From an uncultured Eubacteriales bacterium (GTDB lineage: Bacteria > Bacillota > Clostridia > Oscillospirales > Acutalibacteraceae): 44,184 bases of DNA. The stretch is taken from assembly GCA_964509145.1 (NCBI GenBank), contig CAZDWM010000001.1, positions 1-44,184 on the forward strand, in the 5' to 3' direction. The position numbers and the translations under genes are program-made. The notes below the pieces were generated by a model, which did not search any database, was not told the DNA's origin, and was given only the letters and a program-made list of their open reading frames with translations. Of this stretch, positions 41,291-44,184 are shown piece by piece (position 1 is the stretch's first letter; every line of letters starts with the position of its first letter).

Positions 41291-41848
41291 ATGTTTGATA
41301 TCAGAAAAATACAGGAACAGGCACTCTATCACGCGGTCAAGTCCGCGAGCGATGACGAAACGGCGGCAGAAATTGTCTACGGCAAGAATGTTACGGCGGC
41401 GCATGAGGATAACGCTTTATGGGTCAAGTCGGCTATGAACCGGCTCGAAAGCCGTTTTAACATGCCTGACGTCAAGCAAATCAGGATGAATTGTCAGTGC
41501 GGCTACGGCATGGATGAAAAGCTGGCGCTTTTAAAAGAGTTGATGGCGGCGGCGTCCTGCATGGAGGAATTCGCGAATCAGGAACAAGCGAGAGCCGCCG
41601 GACTGTTCTGCGAGGACGGTCAGCTCTATTTGAGCTTTGCTTTTTGTCCCTGCCCGATGCTAGCGGAGGTCGACAGGCTCGATTCATACACATGGTGCCA
41701 GTGCACAACGGGTTACAGCAAGGTGCTTTTTGAAAAAGCGTTCGATGTCGAGGTGGATGTTGAACTGCTCAAAAGCATCAAGGCGGGTGACAATATGTGT
41801 CTGATGAAAATCACACCGCGAAGTCCGGTCTGGAAACAGCAATTATAA
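41291..41848 (+). CDS. Cys-rich protein of unknown function
   Basis: 186 aa from ATG 41291 (GAGGA 5 nt upstream). Motifs are CQCGYG, FCPCP, WCQC and a C-terminal MCLMKI. I cannot make a confident family assignment. Confidence 0.55.
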   Translation: MFDIRKIQEQALYHAVKSASDDETAAEIVYGKNVTAAHEDNALWVKSAMNRLESRFNMPDVKQIRMNCQCGYGMDEKLALLKELMAAASCMEEFANQEQARAAGLFCEDGQLYLSFAFCPCPMLAEVDRLDSYTWCQCTTGYSKVLFEKAFDVEVDVELLKSIKAGDNMCLMKITPRSPVWKQQL

Positions 41849-41869
41849 ACATCATGCGGAGGCGATTTT

Positions 41870-42775
41870 GTGGAAAAAACGGAGCTTAAAAAGCTGAACA
41901 GACAGACCGATAAATATAAGCTTGACGACGCGGCGCGCGCCGGGGCGTCCGGCGCGTTCATCGCCCTGCCTTCGGGCGTTACGCATTATCAACTCGCGGG
42001 CGAGGGGGAGCTTGTTGTGCTGACGCACGGTTACGCGACGCCTTATTACATCTACGACAAGGTATTCGACAGGCTTGTCTCCTCCGGTTATAAGGTGCTG
42101 CGTTACGACCTTTTGGGGCGCGGTCTGTCCGAACGCACGGACGGCGACTACACACCCGCGTTTTTTGTCCGCCAGCTTGACGAGTTGACAAGGGCGCTTT
42201 TCGGCGAAGAAGCGTTTTATCTTTTCGGCACGTCGATGGGCGGAACAATCACGACCGCGTTTTGCCGGCTTTATCAGGGTCGGGTTAAAAAGCTTGTGCT
42301 GCTCGCGCCCGCAGGCATGGACACCTTCAAGCCGCCGCTGTACATGAAGCTGTGCAAGCCGCCTGTTTTCGGCGACCTTATTTTCAGGCTTGCGGGCGGA
42401 AAGGCGCTGCTCACAAAATGCGCGAGCGAACTGAAATATTCGTCTGAGGAGGTCGGCGACGATTATATCCGCAGCTTTGCGGCAGGTTCAAGGTACAAGG
42501 GCTTCCTGAGGTGCACGCTTTCGAGCATGAGGCACACCATCCTGAACACAACGGAGGCGATGAAGGGCTACCGCTATGTCGCCGAAGCTAAAATCCCGCT
42601 GCTTTGTATTTGGGGAACGGACGACAGGACAATGCCCTATTACCAGCATACCCGCCTGCTTGAAACCTGCCCGCAGACAGAGCTGCACACCTTCGAGGGC
42701 TCAGGTCATATCTTCCTCTATGATGAGGGCGACAGGACAATGGATGTTGTTTTGCCGTTCCTAAAACGCAAATAA
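41870..42775 (+). CDS. alpha/beta hydrolase
   Basis: HG oxyanion motif (LTHGYA), nucleophile elbow GTSMGG and a C-terminal GSGH. GTG start with GGAGG 7 nt upstream. Confidence 0.8.
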   Translation: MEKTELKKLNRQTDKYKLDDAARAGASGAFIALPSGVTHYQLAGEGELVVLTHGYATPYYIYDKVFDRLVSSGYKVLRYDLLGRGLSERTDGDYTPAFFVRQLDELTRALFGEEAFYLFGTSMGGTITTAFCRLYQGRVKKLVLLAPAGMDTFKPPLYMKLCKPPVFGDLIFRLAGGKALLTKCASELKYSSEEVGDDYIRSFAAGSRYKGFLRCTLSSMRHTILNTTEAMKGYRYVAEAKIPLLCIWGTDDRTMPYYQHTRLLETCPQTELHTFEGSGHIFLYDEGDRTMDVVLPFLKRK

Positions 42776-42786
42776 AGACATTAAAA

Positions 42787-42818
42787 CCGCACGCCTCCGT
42801 TTATTCGGAGGCGCGCGG
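42787..42818. terminator. bidirectional terminator between convergent genes
   Basis: CCGCACGCCTCCG - TTTATT - CGGAGGCGCGCGG (13-bp stem with one mismatch), flanked by AAAA and TTTA. Confidence 0.65.
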
Positions 42819-42822
42819 CGGT

Positions 42823-44139
42823 TTAAAGTGTTACCTTAAGCGCGGCAGATGATATCCCTTGCTGCCAGTGCGCGACTTTTTCGTGGTCATAAACATCCGG
42901 CACCGCCTCATAAAGCTTTTTCAGGCGTGCGCCTTTAACGAGACCGCTGACTACGGCAAAAAATGATTTGGGATTACGCAGCCCGCGTGCGAGCTTGCCG
43001 ATCAGATTGCCGAGGTTCATGTTCCGCCCGGCGCCCGTAAGGTCGGCCGACTGAATGACAGCGTTTTCAAACAAATGGTTGACGTCGTCGGGCGACATGT
43101 TTAAAAGCGCGTTTTTCAGCCCCTCGTTCGCGGCAGTCGCACCGCCGTATATTCTGTGATAGTCACGGTTGTACGCCCAGAGCGTGTCGACATTAAAATT
43201 ACCGCTTTTGTCGGCGAGCACCGCGTCGGCGAGCAGACCGCCCGCGTTAATCGACAGGTCGATGCCCATTCCGTTCATGGGCGTCGTCATAAACGCGCTG
43301 TCACCCACCGCGGCGTAACCGTCGGACACCATGACGGGCAGCGGACGGCGCACGGGTATGACGGCGTATTGCCCGCCGCGAAGAACGCGTTCGCCGAGCC
43401 ACGGGCGTTTTTGCCTGAATACTCGCAGTATTTCGTCCCTTTTCTCGTCGGTCAGCGGATCGATACGCCCAATGAGCACGTCTGCGCTGTCGAAGCTTGT
43501 GTAAAACCACGAAAGTCCCTGCTCGCCTTCATGATAAAGATACACCTCAAACGGAATAGCCGGGTCTTTAAAGCCCTCAAGGCGGTTATAATACGCGCGG
43601 CAGGCGTAAAATGCGTCGCCGCGCTCGAAATTGTTTTCAATGCCAAATTCCTTCGGCAACTGTGACCTCAATGGTGAATTAACACCCAGCGCGTCAATTA
43701 TCAAATCGCCGTAGCGTTCGCCCTTGTCTGTCACGACGCCGCGCACGCGACCGCCCTCTATAATCGGTGCGGTGACGGTTGTGCCGAATTCAACGTTGAC
43801 GCCGCACGTCAGCGCGTGGTCGAGCAACATCCCGATGACGGTTTTGCGCTCCATGATTTTATGGCGGGTGGTTTCATCAAAGTTGATGACGACCGATGCG
43901 TTTTGCCGCGGGCTTAGAAATGCGCAGTCGCCGCGGCATCGCCATGAGCCTTCCGGCAGCGCTTCCTTTCCGACGGCGCGGAGCAGCACATCAAAGGTAA
44001 AGCGATCCTCCCAGTCATGCCCAAGCGTTTCCCTGACGTTTTTTTCGCAGACAGTTACATCGAAGCCATTTTTAGCAAGCCGCGCCGCCGCGACAAGCCC
44101 GCCGTGACCCGCGCCTGCCACAATAATGCGCTTTGTCAT
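42823..44139 (-). CDS. FAD-dependent oxidoreductase (geranylgeranyl-reductase / FixC-like fold)
   Basis: N-terminal IIVAGAGHGGLVAAARLAKNGFDVTVCEK dinucleotide-binding motif. 438 aa. Confidence 0.75.
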   Translation of the reverse strand: MTKRIIVAGAGHGGLVAAARLAKNGFDVTVCEKNVRETLGHDWEDRFTFDVLLRAVGKEALPEGSWRCRGDCAFLSPRQNASVVINFDETTRHKIMERKTVIGMLLDHALTCGVNVEFGTTVTAPIIEGGRVRGVVTDKGERYGDLIIDALGVNSPLRSQLPKEFGIENNFERGDAFYACRAYYNRLEGFKDPAIPFEVYLYHEGEQGLSWFYTSFDSADVLIGRIDPLTDEKRDEILRVFRQKRPWLGERVLRGGQYAVIPVRRPLPVMVSDGYAAVGDSAFMTTPMNGMGIDLSINAGGLLADAVLADKSGNFNVDTLWAYNRDYHRIYGGATAANEGLKNALLNMSPDDVNHLFENAVIQSADLTGAGRNMNLGNLIGKLARGLRNPKSFFAVVSGLVKGARLKKLYEAVPDVYDHEKVAHWQQGISSAALKVTL

Positions 44140-44141
44140 AA

Positions 44142-44184
44142 TCAGAACTTGATGACCTCGTTTTTGGCAGCCGACTCAAAAATG
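44142..44184 (-). CDS. 3' end of an upstream minus-strand gene (product unknown)
   Basis: An open frame ends ...IFESAAKNEVIKF* with TGA at 44142-44144, 2 nt before the next ATG. Only 13 sense codons are visible. Confidence 0.3.
   Translation of the reverse strand, partial: IFESAAKNEVIKF

Noticed and set aside
1-44184. Many long ORFs run antisense to, or out of frame with, the called genes. Examples: 98-595, 1997-2851, 9715-10161, 10171-10587, 10714-11172, 15775-16230, 15943-16368, 30123-30587, 31154-31627, 32306-32788, 35286-35861, 36714-37094, 37192-37737, 38187-38657, 38921-39289, 39651-40079 and 43156-43665.
   Set aside because: They overlap genes with clear family motifs. Their Arg/Ser/Pro/Ala-rich low-complexity translations are typical of GC-rich antisense frames. 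They lack SD sequences and recognisable domains.
1-44184. I looked for CRISPR arrays, transposases or IS ends, integrases, prophage genes, toxin-antitoxin pairs and known defence-system genes.
   Set aside because: I recognised none. There are no long direct or inverted terminal repeats and no recombinase or nuclease/helicase signatures among the translated ORFs.

Overview
This 44,184-bp window looks like a moderately GC-rich, endospore-forming Firmicute. The Clostridia-type content (spoIIID, T-box-controlled thrS, Gram-positive SD sequences) makes the taxon an inference. No searches could be run, so every family call rests on motifs I recognise in the supplied translations and on hand-checked coordinates.

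Core block (18.7-30.7 kb, all on the minus strand): SRP RNA, dnaX, ybaB, recR | dnaN, yaaA, recF, remB-like, nth, mnmG, rsmG, noc, parA, parB. It has two perfect parS sites. It lacks dnaA, gyrB/gyrA and the rpmH-rnpA-yidC-jag-mnmE set.

Left part:
- an ABC exporter with an unusual N-terminal domain, plus a DUF1854 partner
- envelope genes (GT-C-like membrane protein, GtrA, lipoprotein) and darA
- an AcnX (DUF521/DUF126) dehydratase pair with a 2-enoate-reductase-like flavoenzyme
- a decayed ABC ATPase remnant, tRNA-Lys and spoIIID
- an acetyltransferase with a kinase-like protein lacking its catalytic Asp residues
- a Big_2/DUF4474 protein, an S8 protease and an AAC(6')-Ii-like GNAT

Right part:
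- thrS behind a Thr T-box, and an NPPY methyltransferase
- an Lsa-like ABC-F protein with a 9-codon leader ORF
- a glycyl radical enzyme, activase and aldo/keto reductase operon
- a consensus promoter driving a structured, terminator-ended leader of unknown class

Most worth a second look:
- the divergent glycyl radical enzyme (Cys loop GCNQ instead of GCVE)
- the orphan riboswitch/attenuator-like leader at 41.03-41.29 kb
- the dnaA-less dnaN upstream repeat array and the rearranged origin synteny
- the ABC-F translational-attenuation leader

I recognised no CRISPR array, transposase, integrase, prophage or known defence module.
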